Shown piece by piece: positions 28,587 through 37,495 of a DNA stretch of 64,000 bases. The notes beneath the pieces were generated by a model. That model saw only the letters and a list, made by a program, of their open reading frames with translations. It had not been told where the DNA came from and did no database searches. Origin of the DNA: Chthoniobacteraceae bacterium (lineage in GTDB: Bacteria; Verrucomicrobiota; Verrucomicrobiia; Chthoniobacterales; Chthoniobacteraceae); the NCBI GenBank assembly GCA_031409655.1, contig JANNXQ010000239.1, positions 23,616 through 87,615 of the forward strand, read 5' to 3'. The position numbers were made by a program, and so were the translations under genes. The number at the start of each line of letters is the position of its first letter. The stretch's first letter is position 1.

Positions 28587-29524
28587 TTGGCAAGAGCGCG
28601 AATCTGGACTTCGATCTCCGCGGCTTTCGCCTGCGCTTCCGCGACGGGCAGACCTTTCTCGGCGGTGCCGGGGCGAAGATGGCCGGCGTCCTTGATCCAG
28701 GCATCGGCAAGCAGCCTTCCGCGTTTGCGGATGAGGGTCATGAGTTCGGGCGCGAGTTTGGTCTGGCGAAATTTATCCGCGCTTTCCGGATCGAGTGCGG
28801 TGAGCAGATTCAGGGCGATCAGTTCGTGGCCCGCGGCGTCCGCGTGCACGCCGTCTTTGGCGAAGGTGAAGGTCGCGTTCGTTTCCCGCGCCTTCGCGAT
28901 CGCGGCCTTCATCGGCGGATGGATGTCGATGACCTTCCAACCCGCCGAGCGCTGCTCCACGAGCCAGGCACCGTAGCGGGTGAGCACTTCGTCGTAGCCT
29001 TCATACGGAGAGTTTGCGGACTCCTGGCCAGCGGGCGCGACCTTGCCACTGATCGGCACGGAATCGAAGACCGGCGGGGTGAGATGGATCACCTGTGCAC
29101 CGATCTTCGCGGCCTTTTCGCGGAGCTTGCGGATGCCGTCTTTGTAGCGCTGCGCCCGCACTTCGTCGTAGGGCTTGTAGATGCCGTCATTCATGCCGTA
29201 GCACGCGAAGATGAGATCGGGCTTGGTCTTCGCGAGCACGCGATCGAGGCGCTCGTGGAGGTCGGGGCGCGGAAATTTTCCACCCGCATGGCCGATCTCC
29301 GAAAGCCCCGAGACGGTCTCGCTCGGCAACCCGCAGTCGATGACCTCGAACTTTCGATCCGGGAATCGCGTGAAGAGGAAAGCCTCGAAGAGATCCACGT
29401 ATTGCCCCGCGTAGGTGATGCTGTCGCCGAGGAAGACGATGCGCTTCACGCCCGGCAGGAAGTCGGCGGCTTGGAGTGGTGCGGCCAAGAGAAGGAACGA
29501 AAGGAGCAGGGGAGGGATTCGCAT
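28583..29524 (-). CDS. Secreted SGNH/GDSL hydrolase
   Basis: Signal peptide, FLGDSIT, YGMND, DGVH. Confidence 0.9.
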   Translation of the reverse strand: MRIPPLLLSFLLLAAPLQAADFLPGVKRIVFLGDSITYAGQYVDLFEAFLFTRFPDRKFEVIDCGLPSETVSGLSEIGHAGGKFPRPDLHERLDRVLAKTKPDLIFACYGMNDGIYKPYDEVRAQRYKDGIRKLREKAAKIGAQVIHLTPPVFDSVPISGKVAPAGQESANSPYEGYDEVLTRYGAWLVEQRSAGWKVIDIHPPMKAAIAKARETNATFTFAKDGVHADAAGHELIALNLLTALDPESADKFRQTKLAPELMTLIRKRGRLLADAWIKDAGHLRPGTAEKGLPVAEAQAKAAEIEVQIRALAK

Positions 29525-29623
29525 CGGAGGATTAAAAAGGGGAGTGGTGATAAAGGGCGAGTGTTTCCGTTCGGTGGGTTCGTCGGGCTTGATTTCACCC
29601 GGGAAACGAGCAGCCTGCGCGGC

Positions 29624-29836
29624 ATGACCGAGATCATCTTTGAAGTCCGGGAAGACACTGTGGACGGAGGACTCGCGGCTTCGGCGCTGGGGTTTGGCAT
29701 CCACACGCAGGCCGAAAGCATCGAGGAGTTGCGGGTCAATGTGCGGGAGGCGGTGGATTGCTATTTCGACGAGTCGATGGAGGCGCCAAAGACGATTCGC
29801 CTGCACTTTGTGCGGGACGAAGTGCTCGCCCGATGA
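29624..29836 (+). CDS. hicB: HicB-like antitoxin (short, no DNA-binding domain)
   Basis: 70 aa acidic protein, GG..A....I.TQAES.EEL..NVREAV.C.F; ATGA overlap with hicA. Confidence 0.75.
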   Translation: MTEIIFEVREDTVDGGLAASALGFGIHTQAESIEELRVNVREAVDCYFDESMEAPKTIRLHFVRDEVLAR

Positions 29837-30075
29837 GGTTGCCGCGCGATGTGACGGGCACCGCGCTTGTGCAAGCGTTGCGCACGTTCGGATACTCCGT
29901 CACGCGCCAGGAGGGTTCGCACATCCGCATCACCACGCAACGGGATGGCGAACACCACGAAGTCATTCCCGCTCACGACCCGATCAAAGTCGGGACACTC
30001 CACGGGATTCTCTCGACCGTCGCAGCCCATCATCGCTGCACGATGGAGAATCTGCTCCGTGAACTCGACCTGTAA
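29833..30075 (+). CDS. hicA: HicA family toxin
   Basis: L...GY...RQ.GSH, IP.H..IK.GTL.GIL motifs. Confidence 0.88.
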   Translation: MRLPRDVTGTALVQALRTFGYSVTRQEGSHIRITTQRDGEHHEVIPAHDPIKVGTLHGILSTVAAHHRCTMENLLRELDL

Positions 30076-30081
30076 CTCTCC

Positions 30082-31818
30082 ATGAAACGCTTACTCGCCC
30101 TCGTCCTTCCGCTCACCCTCTGCGCCCAGACCGATTATCCACCGCCGCCCGAGGCTACGCCGCGCGAGGGCGTGCCGAAAGGGGAACTCATCAAGTTCGA
30201 CTTCGACGGCTCGAAGATCTTCCCCGGGACCACGCGCGCCGTGACCATCTATGTGCCGCGCCAATACGACGGGACCAAGCCCGCGTGCGTCTATGTGAAT
30301 CAAGACGGACTGCAGTGGAAGGCGGACACGGTCTTCGATAACCTGCTGGCGAAAGGCGAGCTGCCGGTGCTCATCGGCGTCTTTGTGATGCACGGACGGG
30401 TCAAGGCGGCGGATGAAACGAAGGCTCTGGATAGGTTCAATCGCAGCCTCGAATACGATGGCCTCGGTCCGGACTATGCGCGCTTCGTCCTCGAAGAGTT
30501 GCTGCCCGAGGTGGAGAAAAAGACGACCGCGGATGGCCGCAAAATTCTCCTCAGCAAATCCGGCAACGATCGCGCCATCGGTGGATCGAGCTCCGGCGCG
30601 ATCTGCGCTTTCACTGCGGCGTGGGAGCGGCCCGATGCTTTCTCCCGGGTCTTCAGCAATGTCGGCACTTTCGTGAGTCTGCGCGGCGGCGACACCTTGC
30701 CGGGGCTCATCCGCAAGTATGAGCCGAAGCCACTGCGCGTCTTCCAGGTCGATGGCTCGAATGACAACAACATCTACGCCGGCGACTGGTGGATGGCGAA
30801 CCAGATGCTGGACCGCGCGCTGACCTTTGCGGGCTACGATCACTGGAGCGTCTGGGGCGATGGCGGGCACAATGGGAAACACGGCACGGCGGTCTTTCCC
30901 GATGCCATGCGTTACCTGTGGAAAGGCTGGCCGGCACCGGTGAAAGGCGGTCCTTCGCAGAACCGGATGCTCAATGAAATCCTCATCGCCGGCGAAGAGT
31001 GGCAGCAGGTCTGGGAGGGCGGGAAATTCACCGAAGGTCCGGCGGCGAATGCGCAGGGCGAAGTCTTCTTCAACGACGTGCCGAACTCGAAGACTTACAA
31101 GATCGCGCTCGACGGAAAGGTCACGGAATTCGTTGCCGACTCGAAGCGCGCGAATGGGATGGCCTTCGGGCCGGACGGACGCCTTTTCGCCGTCGCGGCG
31201 GGAGAGGAGAAGGTCGTGACTTTCGACTCCGCGGGAAAAGCCACGGAGATCGCGGGCGGGATCAAAGGCAACGACCTCGTCGCGCTGCACAATGGTGACC
31301 TCTACGTGACCGCGCCGAGCGCGGACCCGAAGCAGCCGAGTCAGGTGATCCTCATCAAACCGGACGGCACCAGGAAGGTCGTCGATAGCGGCCTGAAGTT
31401 CACGAACGGCATCACCGCGAGCCCGGATCAGACGCTGCTCTATGTCGCCGATTCGCGGACCCGCTGGGTGTACAGTTACCAGATCCAGCGGGATGGTTCG
31501 CTGCGGCACAAGCAGCGTTACTTTTGGCTCCACGAGCCGGATGCCGCCGATGACTCGGGCGCGGATGGCATGGAGGTGGATGCGGATGGCCGCCTCTATG
31601 TCGCGAGCCGCCTCGGGGTGCAAGTCTGCGACCAGGCGGGCCGCGTGAATGTGATCCTGCCGACGCCGAACGGAAAGGTGAGTAACGTGACCTTCGGCGG
31701 CCCCGCGCATGACACGCTCTACGTCACAGCCGGGGACAAAGTCTTCAAACGCAAGCTCAAGGTAAAAGCCGCCGCGAGCTTTGAGGCGCCGATCAAACCG
31801 AAGGCTCCGGGACTTTAG
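30082..31818 (+). CDS. Secreted esterase (Fes-like alpha/beta hydrolase) fused to SMP-30/gluconolactonase propeller
   Basis: IGGSSSGA nucleophile elbow, GGHNGKH; FTEGPA, NGMAFGPDG, NGIT.SPD, ADGM.VD.DG. Confidence 0.88.
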   Translation: MKRLLALVLPLTLCAQTDYPPPPEATPREGVPKGELIKFDFDGSKIFPGTTRAVTIYVPRQYDGTKPACVYVNQDGLQWKADTVFDNLLAKGELPVLIGVFVMHGRVKAADETKALDRFNRSLEYDGLGPDYARFVLEELLPEVEKKTTADGRKILLSKSGNDRAIGGSSSGAICAFTAAWERPDAFSRVFSNVGTFVSLRGGDTLPGLIRKYEPKPLRVFQVDGSNDNNIYAGDWWMANQMLDRALTFAGYDHWSVWGDGGHNGKHGTAVFPDAMRYLWKGWPAPVKGGPSQNRMLNEILIAGEEWQQVWEGGKFTEGPAANAQGEVFFNDVPNSKTYKIALDGKVTEFVADSKRANGMAFGPDGRLFAVAAGEEKVVTFDSAGKATEIAGGIKGNDLVALHNGDLYVTAPSADPKQPSQVILIKPDGTRKVVDSGLKFTNGITASPDQTLLYVADSRTRWVYSYQIQRDGSLRHKQRYFWLHEPDAADDSGADGMEVDADGRLYVASRLGVQVCDQAGRVNVILPTPNGKVSNVTFGGPAHDTLYVTAGDKVFKRKLKVKAAASFEAPIKPKAPGL

Positions 31819-31824
31819 GCGGCG

Positions 31825-34212
31825 ATGCCTGGCCCAAAGCAACCAGCAACCGGACGGCGGGCGCGGAAAGGCCCGCGGGTCGTGGCAATCGTGCCGCCAG
31901 TCGCCTCCGTGGGTCCAGCGGAGATCGAAGCCTGCTATGACCGGGCCCCCATCGGCATGTGCGTGGTCGATCTTCAGTTCCGCTATTTGCGGATCAATGA
32001 ACTGCTCGCCGAGATGAATGGACGGAGCGTCGCGGAGCATCTCGGGCGGACGATCCGCGAGGTCATCCCGCAGATCGCGCCTTTGATCGAGCGAATGCTG
32101 CGGCGGGTGATGCGCACCGGACGGCCCATCTTGAACCTGGAAGTGACTGGCGAGACCCCCGCCCACCCTGGGGAGACCCGCACTTGGCTGGCGAGTTGGC
32201 ATCCGCTGAAAAATCACGCCGGTCGCATCGTCGCCCTCAGTTGCATGGCTCACGAGATCACCGAGCAGAAGCGGGCGGAAGGTGAGCGCGACCGCCTGCT
32301 CGAAACGCTCGAACTTGAACGCGCGCGGCTGACCACCGTGCTGGAACAGATGCCTGCGGGCGTGATCATCGTGGAGGCTCCGAGTGGGCGCAGCCTCTTT
32401 GACAATAAGGAGAGCGCCCGCATTTTCCGACACCCTTTCCGCCCGGCGGAGGAGATCGCCGAGTACGGGTGCTGGAAGCTTTTCCGCCCCGATGGTTCGC
32501 CGCTGCCCCTGGCGGAGTATCCGCTGGCCCGCGCCGTCCTCCGCGGAGCGACCACGACGGACGAGGAACTCATGATCGAGCGCGGCGACGGCAGCCGCGG
32601 GGTGATCTCCGCGAATGCCGCGCCCGTCCGCGATCGGCAGCGGAAGATCGTCGCCGCCGTGGTCACGTTTTTCGACATCACCGAGCAGCGCGAGACCCTC
32701 GGGGCGCTGCGCGAGAGCGAGGAAAAATTCCGCAAGATCGCGGAGAATTCTCCGCTCGGCCTCGGCATCTACAACACCGCGGGCAAGATCCACTTTTTGA
32801 ATCCGAAGCTCCTCGAGATCGTCGGATGGCGACCGCGCGAGGTGCCGGATTTGCAGACTTGGTTTTCGAAGGTGTATCCCGATCCCGTCTATCGGCGGGA
32901 GGTGGAAGACACCTGGAAAGGGGACATCCGGCGCGTCCAGCGCGGCGAACTCACCCACTCACCGGTGCGGGAGTATCGGGTGACCTGCCGCGACGGGAGC
33001 GAGAAAATCTGCGAGGTCACTTTTGCCCTCGGGGCCGATCACACTTACGCCGTCTTTAGCGATGTGACTTCCCGCATCCGCGCGACCGAGGCCCTGCGCG
33101 AGGCCACGGAATTCATGCGCGCGCTGCTCGAGTCCGCGCCCATCCCGATCTACGTCCGCGATGCCGCGCATCGCTACCGGCTGGTTAACCGGGAATGGGA
33201 AAGGCTCTTCCGCAGGAAGCGCGCGGAGGTGATCGGCCGCGCCATCACGGAGGTGCTCCCCGCAAAGCTGGCGGAATCCCTGGAGAAAGCGAATCGCCAG
33301 GTGCTCGCGCGGGAACGGACGGTTTCCACGGAGGAGACGGTCGACTTTCCCGAAGGCCGGCAGGTCTTTCACACCGTCAAATTTCCCCTGCGCAATGCCG
33401 CCGGGCGGGTCGATGCGGTGGGTGGAATTTCGATCGATATGACTCAGCGGATTCGCGCCGAGGAGGAATTTTTGCGGCTCAATGCGGAGCTGGAAGAGCG
33501 CGTGCTCGAGCGCACCGAGGAACTCGCGACGGCCAACCAGGAGCTGCGGCGGGAGATTGGCGAGCGGGTGCGGCTGCAGAGCGAACTGCTGGAGATCAGC
33601 GAGCGCGAGCAGCGGCGGCTGGGGCAGGATTTGCACGATGAACTCGGCCAGCAGCTCACGGGGCTGGGCCTGATGCTGGCTGCCTTTGAGCAGGAGCTCA
33701 AGGTGGCCGGGCATCCGCGGGCGGCCCTCGTCACGGAATTCAGCGAACTCCTGCGCAAGGCGGTGACGGCGACGCGCGATCTGGCCAAGGGATTTTACCC
33801 CGTGGTGCTCGAAGAGGGCGGGCTGCTCGTGGCGCTGCAGGATCTCGCGCACCGCACGAACGCGATCGCGGGCGTGCGCTGTGCAATCCGGCATCGCGGC
33901 AGTTTTCGCTTCAAGAAGGCGCAGGCCATCCACCTTTACCGGATCGCCCAGGAGGCGGTGAGCAATGCGCTCAAGCACGGGAAGCCGCGGACGATCGAGA
34001 TTGTGCTCACGGTCCAGCGCGGACGCTCCGTGATGCGGATCTTCAATGACGGTCGCGCCTTCAAACCACCGGCCGCGGGCAACGGTGGCTTTGGCTTGCA
34101 GCTCATGCGCTATCGCGGCCGCTCCATCGGTGCGGAAGTGGCCTTCAGTTGCGGACCGAAGGGCGGCTGCGAAGTCGTGTGTACGCTCGGACCCTCGGTC
34201 GCCGGGGCCTGA
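31825..34212 (+). CDS. Cytoplasmic multi-PAS histidine kinase, HisKA_3 (NarX/NreB type)
   Basis: Four PAS-like domains, EREQRRLGQDLHDELGQQL, YRIAQEAVSNALKHG, GFGL..M. Confidence 0.9.
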   Translation: MPGPKQPATGRRARKGPRVVAIVPPVASVGPAEIEACYDRAPIGMCVVDLQFRYLRINELLAEMNGRSVAEHLGRTIREVIPQIAPLIERMLRRVMRTGRPILNLEVTGETPAHPGETRTWLASWHPLKNHAGRIVALSCMAHEITEQKRAEGERDRLLETLELERARLTTVLEQMPAGVIIVEAPSGRSLFDNKESARIFRHPFRPAEEIAEYGCWKLFRPDGSPLPLAEYPLARAVLRGATTTDEELMIERGDGSRGVISANAAPVRDRQRKIVAAVVTFFDITEQRETLGALRESEEKFRKIAENSPLGLGIYNTAGKIHFLNPKLLEIVGWRPREVPDLQTWFSKVYPDPVYRREVEDTWKGDIRRVQRGELTHSPVREYRVTCRDGSEKICEVTFALGADHTYAVFSDVTSRIRATEALREATEFMRALLESAPIPIYVRDAAHRYRLVNREWERLFRRKRAEVIGRAITEVLPAKLAESLEKANRQVLARERTVSTEETVDFPEGRQVFHTVKFPLRNAAGRVDAVGGISIDMTQRIRAEEEFLRLNAELEERVLERTEELATANQELRREIGERVRLQSELLEISEREQRRLGQDLHDELGQQLTGLGLMLAAFEQELKVAGHPRAALVTEFSELLRKAVTATRDLAKGFYPVVLEEGGLLVALQDLAHRTNAIAGVRCAIRHRGSFRFKKAQAIHLYRIAQEAVSNALKHGKPRTIEIVLTVQRGRSVMRIFNDGRAFKPPAAGNGGFGLQLMRYRGRSIGAEVAFSCGPKGGCEVVCTLGPSVAGA

Positions 34213-34270
34213 TTATGAGATTGCCGCGCCCGTCTCGCGGCGGCATGTAGGACGTCCGCTTCCACTCCCA

Positions 34271-35110
34271 ATGAAAACCCCACTCCTCTCGCTCCTCGCT
34301 TGCACCGCACTCACCGCCGCCGCCTCCGCCGCCGAGGGCAAAGGCATCGGCCACCAGGACACGCCGATCATCCCCGGCACCAAATGGCACGTACATGATG
34401 GCGAGCGTCCGCAACCGCCGATCGTCACGCCCGGGGCGCCGAGCACGATCGAAAAAGCCGGGACCGCGCCGAGCGATGCGACGGTGCTTTTCGATGGGAA
34501 GGATCTCGCAAAGTGGCGGAAGGGAGATGGCTCTGATGCGCCGTGGAAGGTGGAGAATGGCTACGTGGAAGTCGTCCCGAAGAGCGGTGACCTTTTCACC
34601 CGCGACGAGTTCGGGCCGGACGTGCAGTTGCACATTGAATTTGCCACGCCGCCGCCGGTCGGTAACAGCCAGGGCCGTGGAAACAGCGGCGTCTTCTTTT
34701 ACGGGAAGTACGAGATCCAGATCCTGGACAGCTACGAAAATCCCACCTACCCGGATGGCCAGGCCACCGGCATCTACGGCTACATGGCACCGCAGGTGAA
34801 TACCTCGCGCCCGCCGGGTGTCTGGCAGATGTATGACATCATTTTCGAAGGGCCGCAGTTTGCGGAAGGGAAGCTCACGAAGGCCGCCGTCGTGACCGTG
34901 CTGCACAATGGAGTGGTGACGCAGAATCGCACCGTCCTGATTGGCGAGACCCCGCATAAGAAGGTTGGCACCTACAAGGCTCATGGAGAGAAGGGCTCCA
35001 TCAAATTGCAGGATCACGGCAACCCAATGCGTTTCCGCAATATCTGGATTCGCAACCTGCGGATGCCGTCGGCGGAAGATGTCGGCAGCGGACCCGAAAT
35101 CGGAAAGTAA
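34271..35110 (+). CDS. DUF1080 (3-keto-disaccharide hydrolase-like) secreted protein
   Basis: PSDA.VLFDGKDL..W, GNSGV, YEIQILD, WQ.YDI, LQDHG...FRNIWIR. Confidence 0.9.
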   Translation: MKTPLLSLLACTALTAAASAAEGKGIGHQDTPIIPGTKWHVHDGERPQPPIVTPGAPSTIEKAGTAPSDATVLFDGKDLAKWRKGDGSDAPWKVENGYVEVVPKSGDLFTRDEFGPDVQLHIEFATPPPVGNSQGRGNSGVFFYGKYEIQILDSYENPTYPDGQATGIYGYMAPQVNTSRPPGVWQMYDIIFEGPQFAEGKLTKAAVVTVLHNGVVTQNRTVLIGETPHKKVGTYKAHGEKGSIKLQDHGNPMRFRNIWIRNLRMPSAEDVGSGPEIGK

Positions 35111-35131
35111 ACGTAGGCATAAAACCATCCT

Positions 35132-35674
35132 ATGAAACTCATCCTTACCGCCCTCGCTCTTATGGTTGCACCCCTCTTCGCCGCTGACTCCCCGCTTTAC
35201 GCGATCCCGCTCAAGGATATCGAAGGCAAGGAAACGTCCTTAAAGGCCTACTCTGGGAAAGCGCTGCTCGTGGTCAACGTGGCCTCGCAGTGTGGCTATA
35301 CGCGGCAATACACCGGCCTCGAAGCGCTCTGGCGGAAGTATCAGGACAAGGGCTTGGTGGTCCTCGGCTTTCCTTGCAATGACTTCGGCGGACAGGAGCC
35401 TGGCTCCACGGAGGAGATCAAGAAATTCTGCACGTCGAAGTACGACGTGACGTTCCCGATGTTTGACAAGGTGAGCGTGAAAGGCACGGAGCAACATCCG
35501 CTCTTCACCGCGCTCTCCGGTCCGGCGTCGGCGTTTCCGGGAAATGTGAAGTGGAACTTCGGCAAGTTTCTGATCGGTCGCGATGGTAAGCTCCTCTCGC
35601 GCTATGGCTCGGATACCGAACCGGAATCGCCGGAGCTGGAGAAGGCTGTGGAGGCTGCCCTTGCGGTGAAGTAG
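35132..35674 (+). CDS. Glutathione peroxidase family protein (Cys type), signal peptide
   Basis: VNVASQCGYT, LGFPCNDFGGQEPG, KWNFGKFL. Confidence 0.95.
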   Translation: MKLILTALALMVAPLFAADSPLYAIPLKDIEGKETSLKAYSGKALLVVNVASQCGYTRQYTGLEALWRKYQDKGLVVLGFPCNDFGGQEPGSTEEIKKFCTSKYDVTFPMFDKVSVKGTEQHPLFTALSGPASAFPGNVKWNFGKFLIGRDGKLLSRYGSDTEPESPELEKAVEAALAVK

Positions 35675-35679
35675 CGCCA

Positions 35680-35792
35680 GTAGTAGCGCAGGCATCCTTG
35701 CCTGTAGGGGGCGCAGGCTTCCAGCCTGCCGGGGAAGAAAGCAGGCAAGGATGCCTGCGGCACTCCTACAGGCTGGAAGCCTGCGCTACTAC
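35680..35792. repeat. GTAG-type REP cluster (four units, BIME-like), family B
   Basis: GTAGTAGCGCAGG ... CCTGCGCTACTAC outer inverted repeat; units GCAGGCATCCTTGCCTG, GCAGGCTTCCAGCCTGC and their inverses. Confidence 0.88.
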
Positions 35793-35810
35793 GCGGACGC
35801 CTCATTTCCA

Positions 35811-36773
35811 ATGAGCACGCCTGCCGCCGCCCGCCCCCGCCTTGCGTGGCTCGATCTCTTCCGCGGCGCGTGTGTCCTGGGGATGATCGAGACGCACGTC
35901 TTGAATACCTTCCTCGCCGGCTCCTTCCGCGGGATGCCGTGGTTTGGCTGGCTGACTTACTTTGATGGCTTGATCGCCCCGGCGTTTCTCTTCATCGCTG
36001 GCTACGCGCAGGGTCTCGGGATGCGGCACTCGGACGGCGTCCGGCGAGGATGGGGGAGAAAGGTGCGGCGTCTCGGGGAAGTCTGGCTCCTGGGTTACGC
36101 GCTCCATTTTCCCGCGCCGCAACTCTTCGCCGGACAATGGAGCGAAGCGGTGCGGATCGGGACGCAGGTCGATGTCCTGCAATGCCTCGCCGTCTCGCTC
36201 GCCGTGCTCCTCGCCTGCGAATGCTGGGCCCGGCGCGGGGTGGATGCGCTCGCCAAAATCCTCGGCGCACTCGCCGTCTTCGCGACGCCGTGGGTGGCGG
36301 GCTGGCGTTTCGAGCCTGATTGGCTTCTCGGTTACTTCAATGCGAGCACCGGCTCGCTTTTCCCGCTGCTGCCGTGGGCCGGATTCGTCTGCGCTGGTTT
36401 CCTCGCGAGTTCCGCAGTGCGTTGGTTTTCCTGCGAGTCGCTGCTGAACTTCGCGCTCCTCGCGGTGCTCGCGTTTCTCCTCCCAGGTTCTTCGGGCTTC
36501 TTTGTGCAGCGTCTTTTGTGGCTCCTCGCGGCGGTGCCGCTCGTGCAGTGGATCGCGGCCCGCTGGCAGCCAGGCTGGCTGCTCTTCATCGGCCGCGAAT
36601 CACTGGTCATCTACGCTGCGCACCTTCTGCTCATCGAAGTCCTGGTGATGACTATGGTGCCGCGGAGCAGTCTCGGAATTCCCAGTTGCGTCGCGCTTCT
36701 GATCATAGTGGCGGCGGCGGCCTATGGTGTTGCTGTCCTGTGGCGCAAGTGGCGGTCGGGAACTCCATCTTAG
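35811..36773 (+). CDS. DUF1624 / acyltransferase-like membrane protein
   Basis: RL.WLD.FRG....MI..H, AP.FLF..G, DVLQC, FPL.PW.GF, GR.SL.IY..H; multiple TMs. Confidence 0.8.
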   Translation: MSTPAAARPRLAWLDLFRGACVLGMIETHVLNTFLAGSFRGMPWFGWLTYFDGLIAPAFLFIAGYAQGLGMRHSDGVRRGWGRKVRRLGEVWLLGYALHFPAPQLFAGQWSEAVRIGTQVDVLQCLAVSLAVLLACECWARRGVDALAKILGALAVFATPWVAGWRFEPDWLLGYFNASTGSLFPLLPWAGFVCAGFLASSAVRWFSCESLLNFALLAVLAFLLPGSSGFFVQRLLWLLAAVPLVQWIAARWQPGWLLFIGRESLVIYAAHLLLIEVLVMTMVPRSSLGIPSCVALLIIVAAAAYGVAVLWRKWRSGTPS

Positions 36774-36777
36774 AGCA

Positions 36778-36840
36778 AGTATGCCGACAGGCCACTCGCT
36801 GCTCCGCGCCAGGTAAAGCGAGCGGGCCTGTCGGCACACT
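36778..36840. terminator. Long hairpin between convergent genes (possible bidirectional terminator)
   Basis: TGCCGACAGGCC/GGCCTGTCGGCA perfect 12-bp arms plus inner CTCGCT/AGCGAG. Confidence 0.55.
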
Positions 36841-36858
36841 CGATCTACGCATTTCCCA

Positions 36859-37398
36859 TCACCGTCGCATTTCCACGCTCGAATCTACCCGCATCGGTTC
36901 ATCGAGAACGAAGCGATGATCGAAGCCCAAAGGGAAACGGAAGGTGGGATCGGCGTGGACCCACATGTGATACTCGTTGGCGGTGTCCACGAGGCGGCTC
37001 TCTGCCGGGAAAAGTTCCATGGCCTCGTATTCCGGTCCCACTAGCTCGTTCTTGATCCGCTGGAGATGCCTCCACTCCTTGCACGCGCCGCCGTCGTGCC
37101 GGCAGATGTCGAGGTGGATGAAGGGCGGCGAGTTTTTCACTTCCACGCGATAGATGTTGTTCACGTAGATGTTCAGGGAAGTCATCCGGAGGAGGGCTTG
37201 CTCAATCCAGAACAACTTCTCCTCGACGGAAGGCACGCGGCCTCCGAAGAAGTCTTTGAAGAACTCGAGGGGCTTGGTGAGGAAGGCTTGGCGCTGGATC
37301 ATCGGGGTGGCGGGATCGAGGGCCATTCTCTGGAACGGGGTCATGCTTGCGACGCCTGAACCAACGGTGCTTGGGGAGGGGGAGGGGGCGGTTTCCAT
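36859..37398 (-). CDS. Hypothetical protein with phage-associated small domain (DUF7694-like)
   Basis: HL.I.R.D...W..LQ.IKNELVG.E.EA.ELFPAESRLVD.AN.YH.W pattern; family number recalled, not verified. Confidence 0.7.
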   Translation of the reverse strand: METAPSPSPSTVGSGVASMTPFQRMALDPATPMIQRQAFLTKPLEFFKDFFGGRVPSVEEKLFWIEQALLRMTSLNIYVNNIYRVEVKNSPPFIHLDICRHDGGACKEWRHLQRIKNELVGPEYEAMELFPAESRLVDTANEYHMWVHADPTFRFPLGFDHRFVLDEPMRVDSSVEMRR

Positions 37399-37433
37399 TT
37401 GGGAGGCACGATTGAACCGCGCCACCACTTGCC

Positions 37434-37450
37434 TGGCAAAAGACATGCCA
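37434..37450 (-). promoter_or_regulatory. sigma54-type -24/-12 promoter
   Basis: Minus strand TGGCATGTCTTTTGCCA: GG-N10-GC with TTGC, 36 nt before ATG 37398. Confidence 0.55.
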
Positions 37451-37495
37451 TGTAGGGGAAACCGCCACAAACCTCGCTCCTCCGCTACAAAGTCA

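Noticed and set aside
28679..29836. 385-aa plus-strand ORF
   Set aside because: Only the last 70 codons (from ATG 29624) look real (HicB-like); the rest is antisense to the SGNH gene
35132..35674. Possible selenoprotein glutathione peroxidase
   Set aside because: The active-site codon is TGT (Cys), with no in-frame TGA
36778..36840. Hairpin as SRP RNA or another known ncRNA
   Set aside because: Lacks the SRP domain IV motif; position between convergent genes fits a terminator
36859..37398. Prophage remnant around the phage-like gene
   Set aside because: No other phage genes, integrase or att sites nearby
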